Notes under the pieces: model-generated | Told to the model about the DNA's origin: nothing | What the model saw: the letters and a program-made list of their open reading frames with translations, nothing else | Databases searched by the model: none | Translations under genes and position numbers: made by a program | Source: Neoconidiobolus thromboides FSU 785 | Lineage: Eukaryota > Fungi > Entomophthoromycota | Reading direction: 5' to 3' | Length of the DNA: 64,000 bases | Assembly: GCA_025603075.1 (NCBI GenBank) | Contig: MU626269.1 | Location: 62,001 to 126,000, forward strand | Shown here: positions 37,673 to 50,853 of the stretch, one piece after another | How positions within the stretch are numbered: the stretch's first letter is position 1 | Layout: the number at the start of each line of letters is the position of its first letter

Positions 37673-38415
37673 TTAGTTACTAGCTTTGAGTTTTTTTAAA
37701 ACGTTGTAAATAAATAATAGTGTATGTATTAGTTTATATTTGAAATTTGCTTTTTATTAATAAAGCGCTATAAAGATATAGATGAGTGTGATATAAATAT
37801 TTATAGGCTATTAAATTTTAACTAAAGCACCTTTATATTACATCAGGTTAATTTATTTTTAATAATTATAAATACCCCAAAAACATAACTCAATATATGC
37901 ATATATAATATTGAAATTTAAACTACCCTTAATCCATAAAAATGTTTTCATCAATTTAAAATTTTATTATAATTTAACTTAAATTAATATAATATAGAAC
38001 GTTTTTCTTAGATTTATTACAAAAATAGGCAAAATATCAAAATGAAAAAAGCATTTTCATTTAAATTTTAAACTTGGATTCATAAAGTAGTTTATTTTGA
38101 AAGATATTTTAATATCCTGGTTTTTAATGTTTTCAATATAATGTGATCTGTTTATCTGTAATATTTTTTCTTTAAGTTGTGATTATATAAGAAGTCTATA
38201 AGCATTTAAATTATTTAACAACCTACTACAAAACACACTAGTACAAAAGTAAAACATCCTAGAAAACCACTATTTTGACAAATTATAAGATTTGAAAATT
38301 ACTTTTAGATTTTACAAGGTGGACAATTCAGATTATTATAAAATTCCTTAAGATATTTGAAAGCGGAATTTTGGACCAAAATTTATATTATAGCTTAAGG
38401 TTTGGACAAAGGTAT

Positions 38416-38513
38416 GGGGATGTATTTTTGTGTTTAAGAATTTTACTAACAATTTTTCCACTTAAATAGTGCTTAAAAAATGGAAAAAATAATGAAATCA
38501 AAAAAACACTCCT
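38416..38513 (+). mobile_element. MITE copy 8
   Basis: ggggatgtatttttgtg...aaaaaacactcct; TSD GTAT/GTAT. Confidence 0.92.
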
Positions 38514-38900
38514 GTATATTGACTTAAGCATGAATAACTTTAATATTCCAATCAATTTAAGTTTAATTTATCTTAGCTTTTAGTAGAAATATAATCGCAT
38601 GTAATAATAAAAATGTTCTATTTGACTCAAATTTATCATTAACTACTTTTTTCTAAAAATTATTGTCTATCTCAAAATAAATCAATAATTATGTTTAACA
38701 TCTGGATGGCTTTAATTTTGAGCCCAAAATTCTACTTATATCTTAGCAATGTTACAAAAATCTAAATTGTCTTGTACAAATCTAAAAGCGATTTTGCAAT
38801 TCTATAACTTTCAAATGCAACTTGATTTTCGAGCAAATTTTGCAATTGCTTAGATGGCTTAAAATAAAATTAAAAATAATGTGAACAGTTTTAAAATAAA

Positions 38901-39674
<774 letters not shown>

Positions 39675-40174
39675 ATGAATAAAAGTTTTAATTTTATCTC
39701 GGTTTTAATTCATTGAGTAATTATATACTTAACATATGTATATATATAGCTTTTATCTATAAAAAAATTGGTATTTTCTTTGAGCTTAAGATGACTTGCA
39801 ATTAAACGTCTTTCATATTTTTCAATTTAGAGGTGATTGTTTTTAAAATGAATTTAAAGCTACATCCCTTTTAAGATCTTTAACTCCATACTAAAATAAT
39901 TTGACTCCAAATAAAAAAACGAAAGATATTTAACTGTAATCTATTCTAAATTCTTCTAAAGTGTACCTAATGCTGAAAAAAAACTATGTTCACATAATTT
40001 TTATAATAAACCATTATAATAAATTCCTATAATATACTCGAAAAAGGATTTAAAGCACTATAATAGCATGCTTTTTCAATAAACTAATTATATTTATTTG
40101 CTATAAATATCCTTCTAATAATTTTTATTTGAACATTTCTAATACTCTTAAACCCAATATTAGTTAACTAAACT

Positions 40175-40939
40175 TTATGATGATTTTTGAAATTGTTCGT
40201 TAGCCATTTTCCATAATCCGATGACTGTACCACAAATTGCTCCACTTACACCTGCACTCCTTAAACCAGCTAATTTATTACTATCAGTATTTAAAATCAA
40301 TATTGATAAGAAACTTACCAGTTGACTTAAAAAGGAATCCTACCAAAAACCCGGCTCCAGCTGAGGTATAAATATCATCCGCAGCTCCTCCTTGTCTAAC
40401 TAATAAACTATTAACAATATTATATCCCAAGCCTAAAAAATTATTAATTTTAACTCAAACAAAACTACCGTTAAATAAGCTCTACCTAACATTCCCATTG
40501 AGTTTCCAATAAATGGACCGCGACGGGTACAACCGTTTAGCATACCGTTATAACGTAATTTAAATGGTGACCCGCGTGTTGAGCGGTATCCTTCTATTAT
40601 ACCATATGCTCCACCAAGGGTTAAACCTTATTTTAAGATAAATAAATAAATAAATGGTAAATATTCAGAATTACCTGCTAAATAAGTAGCCCCGGTACCA
40701 AATAAAATATCGTCGGAAGCGGAACGAGAAGGTATAAACCCAAACGCTGTGGTTGCATCATTTCCCTCTTCTAATCTTATATATTCTATAGCGTCTTGGT
40801 TCAACCCACCGATAGGATGTAATCTATTAGTATCTAATGGAACTTGACCTAAAATTGAAGATATGGTCTGTGGCTCAATTTGAGAGCTTTTTTCCTTAAT
40901 TTCTGCTGGTTTTACACTGTTATCGAAGAAGATGCCCAT
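40175..40939 (-). CDS. TIM23: Mitochondrial inner membrane translocase subunit Tim23, multi-exon
   Basis: RLHPIGGL, SDDILFGTGATYLAG, LRYNGMLNGCTRRGPFIGNSMG, GFLFKST.GLK. Confidence 0.92.
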
Positions 40940-41584
40940 TGTATTGAGTTAATTATTTAAAATTAAATTTAAAAATTTAAACTTAATTTGGTGTTTTTTT
41001 GGGGCTTTGGTTTAATTTTTGGATTATTTTTGGTTTATTAGATTCTTTTTTATTTTGATCGGATTGGCTATACACTTTATCTGTTCTCTAACAAATCATT
41101 AAAACTTTTTATGATGATCTTTGAAATTTAATTGGTTAACAGAATTTGTTTCTAAGTATACTTCTAAGGATTTTGATTTTGCTTTTATGATGAAATTAAT
41201 CGAATGAACTAGAACTTATTAAGCTACTAGTAGGATTTAGTGTATGGTAAATATGGAGAGTTTAACGTTTTCCTTGGCTTTTTTGCTTATAATAAAATAC
41301 ATGAAAACATCTTTTTTTTCTGATATATTTTTACTTTTTAAACAGCTCAGGATGTAAGAAAACATAAAATTCTTACAAATCGAATATTCATTTTATTTAA
41401 CTAAAAATTAATTCTCTGTTTATGAAATCTATTGGCTAGAAGTAAAGCTCGAAATTCGACTTTTACAAATTCTAAAAATGGGAGTACGTAAAAATGCTAC
41501 TAACTCCTATTTCAGAAATATAAATACTGTTCTCATCATTTTTCAACTAAACTTTCTGCTTATAGCTAAGTTGTATTTTTTAAA

Positions 41585-42740
41585 ATGGTAAAGTAATACT
41601 TTATAAACCCCGCTTTCTATAATAAAACTAACTCTAAATAGTTAGTTTCATAATAGCAAAATTATACTAACTAATCAAAAGCTTGGAGAAAAACAAATTT
41701 CAAAGTTAAGTTTCGGAGGAGCAACATTAGGGGGGGTCTATGGCCCTATTGAAATAGAATCAGCAAAGAGAGTACTAGATGAGGCGTTAAGTTCAGGTAA
41801 ATTTACAGAAGTTTTAGAAATAATAAATTAAACAGTAGCCAGGTATTAATTTAATAGACACTTCGCCATATTATGGAAATTCAGAGCAAGTAATAGGCTT
41901 GTGTTTAAAGCAACTTGCTTCTAAGTATCCAAGGCACAGTTATTTTATATCTACAAAAGTTGGCCGGTATGGAGCTAAACATTTCGATTATTCAAGGGAA
42001 ACTGTTCGAAACTCAGTATTAACAAGCTTAAAAAGATTAAATACAGGTTATTTGGACTTTGTTTATTGTCATGATGTGGAGTTTGTAGAAGAAAAGTTAG
42101 TAATTGACTCTGCTTTAAAAGAGTTATTTTTGTTAAAGGTAAGTATAAAGTTTCTTCATATTGTTAATCAATTAACTTATTTTAGGAAGAAGGTTTTATC
42201 CATAATGTAGGTATAAGTGGCTACCCTTTAAAGGCACTCGAAAACATAGCAAAAAAGTGTAATGAACGAAATTCCTCATTAGATTGTTTATTGACTTATT
42301 GCCATTATACGATTCAGAACTCACAATTAATAGATCAACAATACATTACTAAGTTTCAGCGATATAATATCAGGTATCTATTCAATGCTTCACCACTATC
42401 GATGGGTTTATTGAGTGGGTACCAACCGCCAGAATGGCATCCAGCAAGTGAAAATTTAAAGAACGCAGCCGTTAAATGTAAAAATATATGCAATGAAAAT
42501 AGTTTTCAACTACCTCAGTTAGCGTTAGCTTACTCTTTAAATTGCCCCTCTGAATCTATATGTTCGACTATTATTGGTTGTATTTCTACTGAACAGATCA
42601 AAGAGAGTATGAATACTTTAAAGTTAGTTCAAGATGGGTTTTATAACCAGGAAAAATATTATAAAATAATTGAGCAGTGCAAAAAGGAATTTGGAGATGA
42701 GTATAATCACGCTTGGCCTTCTCCACCATTAGATTATTGA
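41585..42740 (+). CDS. Aldo-keto reductase, Ara2 / L-galactose dehydrogenase-like, multi-exon
   Basis: LSFGGATLGG, GINLIDTSPYYGNSE, ISTKVGRYG, SLKRLNTGYLD.VYCHDVEF, VGISGYPL, NASPLSMGLL, PEWHPAS. Confidence 0.88.
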
Positions 42741-44120
42741 AGGCCATTTAAATCCAAGGATCGCTAGTTGTTTATTGTTGACTTACTTGTAAGAAAGTTA
42801 TAGTAAAATTAGTGTATAGCTTTTTATAAGATTAATAAATTTTACATCATTTCAGTATCGTTGTTTTTTATACTTGTATTTTATAATATATAGGTTGTAT
42901 ATCATTGTATTAGCTTTCAATTATGTTTACGATGAAAACATTATCAAATATCAACCATTTGGACAATAAATTTAGAAACATAATTCATTTTTAACAATAT
43001 AACGCATACTAATCAATATTTATAAATTTAAATGTGAATGATTATTTGAAGAAAATAACCTAAAATATTAAAATCAATAAATAACAGAAAAAACTAAAAT
43101 AACATTTAACATGGTCTATTGTTACATTATGACTCCTTTTTTATATTTATATTTATATTTTATTCTTATCTCTAATTTTGCCAATTAGGTTAAATGCAAA
43201 TGACAGTGATGAAATGTTAGAACGTAATGAACTCTTGAGGTGTTTTCCATTTTAGATCCTTGACAGCATTGAATTTAATTGTATAATCTATCTTTGATTT
43301 CTGTAGATAAATTTCACTCGTTTTCATCACTTTAAAACATCCGAATTATCTTAATACGTAAAACTAAAATGACAATACTAACACTATCTTATTTTCTATT
43401 ATGCTTATATACTATTTGTAACACTAATTTCAAAATACATCTAAAACTTACTAATGATAGAAAGCTTCCGAATTACTGTAACTTATCAAAAGAATTATAA
43501 AAACATCAGGGTCCTACTAAGTTTGAATCAAGGTAATGCTTCAAATATCAAGCCTTTCCTATCTAGCATTATAAGCTGCATGTTAATTGCCATTAATTTA
43601 CTTTAATTTAAAAATTCGGCAACATCAATATGTATTTAAATTTAATTTAAATAAATTATGATGAGTAAATCGAATTATCTATATTTAACTTAAATAAGGA
43701 CTAGAAAATCTCAAGGTATTTTGGTAAGTGAGCGGATTTACAATTATTTTTTACAACTCTAGTAAAATATTATCGACTCGATATTTGCACTATTTATTTC
43801 TATTACAAATAAGCGTGATACTTTTAAATAAAAGTGGAATTACTCCTTACTTTATTATCTCTTGAATCCAATTATACAACAATGTTATGTGGTTTTTAAA
43901 CAACCTTGCTTAGCTGTAATATCCATTAGACTTATTGTATCCTAGATTTATAAAATTGCATTAAACAGTGTTTCATATGGCCTTGGAATCTATCTCTTTT
44001 GGAAATACAAATCAAGCTTGTCATCTGGGGTTAAAATTTCAAGCATTCTCTTTTAATTGTTTTTGCTAAGAACTCAAATAAAGCTATATTTTGAAAAGGT
44101 AGAAAAAGTAGAAAATATAC

Positions 44121-44217
44121 GGGAATGTCTTTTTTTGTTAAAGAATTTCACTAGCAGCTTTTCCACTCAAACAGTGCTCAAAAAATGGAAAAGTGATGAA
44201 ACTAAGAAAATATCACA
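44121..44217 (+). mobile_element. MITE copy 9 (diverged)
   Basis: gggaatgtctttttttgttaaagaatttcactagcagcttttccactcaaacagtgctcaaaaaatggaaaagtgatgaaact...; no clean TSD. Confidence 0.75.
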
Positions 44218-44473
44218 GTATATTTTAATATAAGTCTTTGAACTAAAGCAAACAACACATCACTTTTTTTGACCAATAAAATCAAAAAAATATAAGTTTT
44301 AAATTATTAAAACCAATAAATTCTTAAGACAAAATTTAGCCCATAAACTGAACTGAGAAGAATAGCTCACAAATGTATCCAATAAAGTTCAAGCAAAATT
44401 CCCTTTTTCTGCCCTTCGGTCGGTACTTACAGAGACAGCATTTAACTACATCCATCCCTCTGTCCTAAATAAA

Positions 44474-44939
44474 ATGTCTAGCCAAGCATTTACCAACTAT
44501 GTTCAAGTCGGACGTGCCGTTCTCCTTCGTGGAGGAGAGCACGATCAAAAAGTTGCCTTCATTGTCGAAATCATTGATCACAATCGTGCTCTTGTTGATG
44601 GTCCAACCACTGGTGTCCCTCGCCACGTTGCCTCTTTCCGTAACTTAGTCTTAACCAAGGCTTTGATCCCAAAACTTCCTCGTGGTGTCCGTCACGGTAC
44701 CCTCAAGAAGTTCATTGAAAAATCAAACCCTCTTGAGAAATTCAATGAAACTAGCTTAGCTCAAAAGATTGAAGCCCGTAGCAAGCGTGTCAACTTAAGT
44801 GACTTTGATCGTTTTAAGGTTATGCGTATCAAGAAGAACGTAAGTCTATATAGTTAATTTGTCAATTTAATTTAAATTTTTATAGAAAAACATTTTACTC
44901 CGTAAACAAGTTAAAGTTTTAGCTAAACAATCCGCTTAA
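44474..44939 (+). CDS. RPL14: 60S ribosomal protein L14 (eL14), 2 exons
   Basis: YVQVGRAVLL, AFIVEIIDHNRALVDGP, LSDFDRFKVMR. Confidence 0.96.
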
Positions 44940-45489
44940 GAAACCAACTAAAATGAGTTTAATAAAATGTAATAAATTATAGTTTTAAAGTTGAATAGTG
45001 AATTGGATTAATTATAAGGATATTTTTTCAATATAAAGGTAAAATAGAATTAGAATAACATTCTAAGGATACAAGAATATAAGCGACATTGCGAAAGAAA
45101 TATAAGACGTATGGAAGTTTAAAAAGAATGGATATAAATATCAAAATCAAAAAAGTTTTAATGGATAATAGGATTAAAAAAAGAACAACATAAAGTGTAT
45201 AATGGGATAAATAGATAAATATACACCACATTTTGATATTAAACACACAGGTTAGTACAGTGTATAATTTTTTTTTACAACAGATAATGGTGATAAACGA
45301 TCATTATTAAACTATTTTTAATAATACCGCGAATATAACTTTAAAGTATCTGTTAAAATACTAGTCTACTGAAAGAAATAATTAAAAAATTATTATGTAT
45401 AATATAAATATAGAGTTTATTTTATAATATTAATAAGCTAAATCAAAGAAATATTTTAAATTTTGATTAGGAAGCCCATTACCATTATT

Positions 45490-46727
45490 TTAATCGCCTA
45501 ATCTTCTTCCTTGTCCAGAGAAGGTGCTGTTTTGATTTTGATTAGCTGCAGCGCCTGCATTACTGAACCCAAAAACAGATGGTGTATTTTGAAAAAGCGG
45601 AGTATAGTCACTAAAATAAATAAACATAAATCAAAAGTTGATTAAATTTTATTTACCTCCCGGAAGCTGGTTGATTATTTAAACTAGAGCTTTGATTAGG
45701 ATTCTGTTCGTGAAACAAAGGGAGTACTGGGGCGCTGTGTAAGCTAAATCCACAAGAGTCATAGTCTGCAAATCGATGAGGGAATTTATTTTTTATGAAT
45801 AAAAAAGGGTTTGAGTTTTCTAAACTTAATTTAATATCTGATCGAAGCTCTAAAAAGCCCAAAAATTTATACACATCTAAATTTTATGTTAGTTGTTGTG
45901 CTATCTGTTTTTGAATAAATTACATAAATAACCGACCCAAAGTCCAAGGAAATGTCCAAGGAAAGAGGCGCTTGGGAAGATCAAGCTTATCACTAATAAA
46001 AGTAGCAATGGGTACATCTGTGGATGAATATTACATAAGCCACAAAAGCTATCAAAAGTCAATATTAAAAAGGAATTTTGAATTTAAATACCTCGATTCT
46101 GGATATTCTGTAGATTTCCAAACTGAGAGAGTAAAAAATAGTCCACTTGATCCTATAGTAGATGGTAAAGAGGCAAAAAAGGACATTGGTATAAGAGATA
46201 GTAGAGTATATACAGTAGAAGGGATTAAAATAAATGCAGGGATAAGATAAATAAGGTACTGGACAGTCCCAACCCTTCTTTCAAAGTTGCTGCTTAAAGG
46301 AATGACAGCAAACAAGTTGAATAAAATATGAAAAAAACTTAGGTGAAAGAACGGGTAAGTTAACAAACGCCAAACTAAATTTGGTAAAAATAGTTAATTA
46401 AAAAACAAAATTATTACCTTCATATCTTCGAGTTATAGCGTCGGGGTTCAATGAAAAATATCTTTCACCAAATAAATCCCATTCATTTAAAAAACTTTTT
46501 CCTGAAAAAACACTAATCCAATAAAATATGAGTGAAATGCCATACATTGATAAGGATAGTGCAAGGATAGAGCAAGTGACTATTGGCATAGAAATCACCA
46601 TTTGTTTAACACTTTGTTTAATTGATTCTTTGATTCCTTGATAGTCAAAAGAAGGCATTGTTGAATGCCCTCCTTGTCCCGGGGTTTCTAATGTTGTTGG
46701 GCTACTAATTGTATGTATATTGTTCAT
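45490..46727 (-). CDS. Rhomboid intramembrane protease (Rbd2/RHBDL4-like) with C-terminal SHP box, multi-exon
   Basis: YPFFHLSFFHILFNL, FERRVGT, catalytic GSSG, and a spliced C-terminus TFSGQGRRLGD*. Confidence 0.82.
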
Positions 46728-46938
46728 AATTTATAATTCGAAATAAAGCTTTCAATTTTTTTTGACATCAATTGCTTATGCAAACTTTTTCTAAGCTGCA
46801 TAATCTGTTGAATTTTAAAACTGTGACATAAGAAATTCTAATTGATAAATTATCATAAAATGAAATTCACTTTGCTTAGTGTTGCTATTATTATTTATAT
46901 TGTAAATCTGTATTTCTTTTTAAAAAAAACCATGATAT

Positions 46939-47036
46939 GGGGATGTGTTTTTGTGCTTAAGAACTTTACTAATAAATTTTCCACTTAAATAGCGCTTAAA
47001 AAATGAAAAAAATAATGAAATAAAAAAAACACTCCC
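46939..47036 (+). mobile_element. MITE copy 10
   Basis: ggggatgtgtttttgtg...aaaaaaaacactccc; TSD ATAT/ATAT. Confidence 0.92.
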
Positions 47037-47256
47037 ATATGATAGTTTAATATGGTGACTTCCTGTCAACAGACTGATTCATGTTTAATTAGTCAGGGTT
47101 TTATTATTTACACTAAATCTAATGGTAACTATGGTTAACAGTTTGTCTATATTATAGTATATAAATTTAAAATGATACCAAGTGTTTAGAGCTCAATTTT
47201 ATTATCTTATATTATAACAATATGTATAAACATCTAATAATTTAGTTAAAGTACTT

Positions 47257-48446
47257 TCATCTTTTTGAGTTATAGTGTCGATCATTCAACGGGGGAGGGC
47301 TTCTAGATCTTTTGGATATATTTTTATCATTATAAGAGTATTTTCTACCATCTCTATGAGAGGGTCGAGTGCTTCCTTCATTACAATCACGGCGATACCT
47401 ATCATCTCTGTTTTCTCTGAAAGAACGAGTTTCGTCATAATAGCCAGATTCTGACTTTATGTATTGCGCGTTTGAGCTGCGATGGTAGTTGTCATACCTG
47501 TTTTCTTTTGAAACACCATTAAATCTGTTTCTAGAATTTGATTCATTATTAAAAGAATTTCTGTGATCTCTCTTGTAGCTTTCTGTGTCGTACCTACTTG
47601 CTCTCCTTGATCTTTCATTATATTCTTGGTCAGATTCGTTGTCATGTTTTTTGCTATTTTTATCTTTTTTATCTCTTTTATCTTTTTTATCTTTTTTATC
47701 CTTTTTTTCTTTTTTTTTCTTTTTATCTATTCCATTTAATTTAACATCTAAACTTGACTCTTGCCTTGAGTTTGAATCATCAATTTCAGACCCAGGGATA
47801 GCTTCTCCAGCTCTAAAGGTAGTAGAATCTGGATTCCCAGTTAAATGTGTTGTATTACTAAATATAAATTAGAGAGTTTAAATTTACTATACAAGGTTTT
47901 ACCCGCTGAACCCTATCCCATTAATCTCTTCTGCCTCAGCAACAAGGTCTCCTTCTTCGACATGATTACCTTTGCTTAAAAGTGCCTTTAAATCTTTAGG
48001 ATCTATTGGGGCTACAGGTTTGCGTTTTTTTACAGGATAACCTCTAAATATGGATTAGTTTATTTTTTGAAATACCTTAGTATGATTACAAAGCTTCTGC
48101 CAATGCGTCTTCTTCAGCTTCTTTGATTCTCCTAATTTCTTCCTCCCTTTTCAAATCTCTTTCAGCTTTTGATTCTTTAGAATACCATGTTAGATCACGA
48201 TTTTTTTGCCATCTATACATATTAATCAAACTCCATCTATTTATAGATATATTTACCTTCCAACTGGGGCCATGAGAGAGTTACCTAAATAATTTTCACG
48301 ATATTTATCTTCTTTAACATTCTCCCATTTAAACTGACCTCTGCCCCCGCGAACTCCTTTGATTAAGTTAGCAACAAAGATAGTTTTATTGTCACAATAT
48401 TTTTACCTCCTCGCGTTTCTTGATATATTTTATCTTCTTTATTCAT
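47257..48446 (-). CDS. MMTAG2/C1orf35-like protein (conserved N-terminal domain, K/R/D/S-rich tail), multi-exon
   Basis: [44 protein letters not shown] is the family signature. Confidence 0.88.
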
Positions 48447-49146
48447 TTATAAAGCTTAAATTTATTTAAGAGTAGTTTGTCCAATCAATTGATGAAATTT
48501 AATTCAAACAAATTACATATATCCAATAATGTGGCGAATTTTTTAAAAGTTATATTTTATTTAATAAAGATTTTAAGCTATTTTGTTCATATACTACAAA
48601 CAACATACATGAGGACAGTAATCCTTTCCAACATGTCATTGTTTTAAAGAAATAATTTTATTTTCAATTTTAAAACATTTCACAAATGAGCCATGAAATC
48701 TTTGTCTATACAATAAATAAAATATTAGATTACTGTCAAAAGTTTTTTGTTTTATTTTATTTTTGTTTAATTTTATTATTAAATATCTAAAAATAATTTA
48801 TTATATTGGATGAGGTAATAAATAAGTTATAATATTAAAAACATTTTTTTAAATGAAAGATGACACGAAATGGCTATTAACAAAGATTTGATTGGCATAA
48901 TTAGATGTATTTATTTTTAAACAGTAGTATAATATACTTTATGGCCAAACTATATTATTCTATAATCTTACAAATCCTTACGAATTTTTGATTTATTGTA
49001 ATGATGATTGAAGTTTAGAAAAAATTTATTAGCAAATTATGATTTTAAAAATAAGTGATGTCAATATTTCTAAATAAAATTCAGTAAGTTGATGGGTATA
49101 TAAACATGCGAATTTTATTAACTATATCTATAAATTATAAATAAAA

Positions 49147-50853
49147 ATGTTAGGAAATACTCATCAAGAAAACACATTAAACCAACAAAAACCTCGCCCT
49201 GATGCTACTATAGGACAAAGTGATATCAATACTGGTGCTTTAAACAACTCAACCACTACCTCCGATGTTCCACCAACACATCATTTAGGAAAAGGTTCAA
49301 ATACTTATACTGATGCTAAACATGATCTTACCAACCAAGGTTATTCAAATACCACCAGAAACAATAATTTGACTGATCCAACTAGCCACACTGGAAGTAC
49401 CTTAACTGGAGTTACTGGAACCGCAAATGTACCTAGCCATGGACATTCTACTACTGGGCACAACACCTCAAATACCACTGAAAAAGTTGTTCCTAAATAT
49501 GGATATGACGCTGCAGAACTCGCTGGCATAACAGCCACAACTGGCACTGCTTCAGCTCACCATAATAGTAGAGCTAACCCAGTTGGAACTAACCCAGTTG
49601 GAACTACTGGAGATTATACCAAAAATGATAAGTCAAATACTACTGGCAATCTCGGAAGTTATGCAACTGGAACAGCTGCATCAGGAAATTCTGGACTAGT
49701 AGGGGACAGTCACACCGGACTACAGCACGGCACTGCCACAGAAAACACCCCAACTAGTCATCACACTACTGGTCATTCTGCTACAACCGGCCTTAATACT
49801 ACTGGAGGCACCTCAGCTACCGGACACCATACTACCGGAAGTACCTTAACTGATAATAATACCACTGGCTACAATACTACCGGGAACAAACTAACTGGTA
49901 ACAATACTACTGAAAGTAATTTGACTGGTCATAGTACTACTGGAAATAATTTGACTGGCCATAACACCACTGGATATCACACTGCTGGAAGTAATTTAAC
50001 TGGACATAATACTACCGAAAGCACTTTAGCTGGAAATACCTTAACTGGTCATGATACTACTGGTCATCACACTACTGGTAACACTTTAACTAGTAATACC
50101 TCAAATACTAGACCTCACACTACCGGAAATAATTTAACTGGGCACAACACTACTGAAAGCACCTTAACTGGAAGTGGTTTGACTGGGCATAATACTACTG
50201 GAAGCAATTTAACCAGCAATAACACCACCGGTCATCATACTACCGGAAACACTTTAGCTGATAACAGGATTACTGGCAACAACACCGCTGGTCATCACAC
50301 TACTAGTCATCATACTGCTGGCAATACTTTAACTGACAACGTCTCGACTACTGATCATCATACTACCGGAAACAACTTAACTGGTCATCATACTACCGGA
50401 AACAACTTAACTGGTCATAGTACTAGCAGTACCACTGGTCACAATACTGGCGGAAGCACTTTAACTGGTAATAACACCACTGGTCATCACACTACTGGAA
50501 ACACCCTAACTGGCAAAGATGTTACAGGACACCACACTATCGGAGATACGCTAACTGGTAAGACTGCCACTGGAAGCACTCTAACAGGCAACAATACTAC
50601 TGGCCATCACACTACCGGAAGTACAACTGCAGCCAGCCATAATACTACTGGACATCATACTGACGGACATTCAACTGTAACTGATGAAAAGCCTTCCACT
50701 ATTGGAGGAACATTTGATAAAATCAAGGGTACCATTAAAGAAACAGTAGGTAAAGTATTTAGTAGCTCTGATATGCAAGCCTCAGGGGCTGAAGACAAGG
50801 TAAAGGGTGATGCAAAGGTCACTGCCGCTAAACAGGAAAAGCATAATGCTTAA
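49147..50853 (+). CDS. Long His/Thr/Gly/Asn-repeat hydrophilin with C-terminal Hmp1/CsbD-like module
   Basis: 568 aa, intronless, no signal peptide; dozens of TGH(H/N)TTG(S/N)(T/N)L units; C-terminus PSTIGGTFDKIKGTIKETVGKVFSSSDMQASGAEDKVKGDAKVTAAK. Confidence 0.88.
   Translation: MLGNTHQENTLNQQKPRPDATIGQSDINTGALNNSTTTSDVPPTHHLGKGSNTYTDAKHDLTNQGYSNTTRNNNLTDPTSHTGSTLTGVTGTANVPSHGHSTTGHNTSNTTEKVVPKYGYDAAELAGITATTGTASAHHNSRANPVGTNPVGTTGDYTKNDKSNTTGNLGSYATGTAASGNSGLVGDSHTGLQHGTATENTPTSHHTTGHSATTGLNTTGGTSATGHHTTGSTLTDNNTTGYNTTGNKLTGNNTTESNLTGHSTTGNNLTGHNTTGYHTAGSNLTGHNTTESTLAGNTLTGHDTTGHHTTGNTLTSNTSNTRPHTTGNNLTGHNTTESTLTGSGLTGHNTTGSNLTSNNTTGHHTTGNTLADNRITGNNTAGHHTTSHHTAGNTLTDNVSTTDHHTTGNNLTGHHTTGNNLTGHSTSSTTGHNTGGSTLTGNNTTGHHTTGNTLTGKDVTGHHTIGDTLTGKTATGSTLTGNNTTGHHTTGSTTAASHNTTGHHTDGHSTVTDEKPSTIGGTFDKIKGTIKETVGKVFSSSDMQASGAEDKVKGDAKVTAAKQEKHNA
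49760..50670 (+). repeat. Degenerate 15/30-bp coding tandem array (GHHTT / GHNTTGSNLT)
   Basis: Repeated actggtcatcacactact / ttaactggtcataatact units; boundaries approximate. Confidence 0.8.

Noticed and set aside
43205-43290. Box C/D snoRNA (GTGATGA)
   Set aside because: No CTGA D box or terminal stem at a suitable distance.
45028-45246. 72-aa hydrophobic ORF
   Set aside because: It starts at a non-ATG codon and its composition is what T-rich intergenic DNA yields by chance; there is no supporting evidence.
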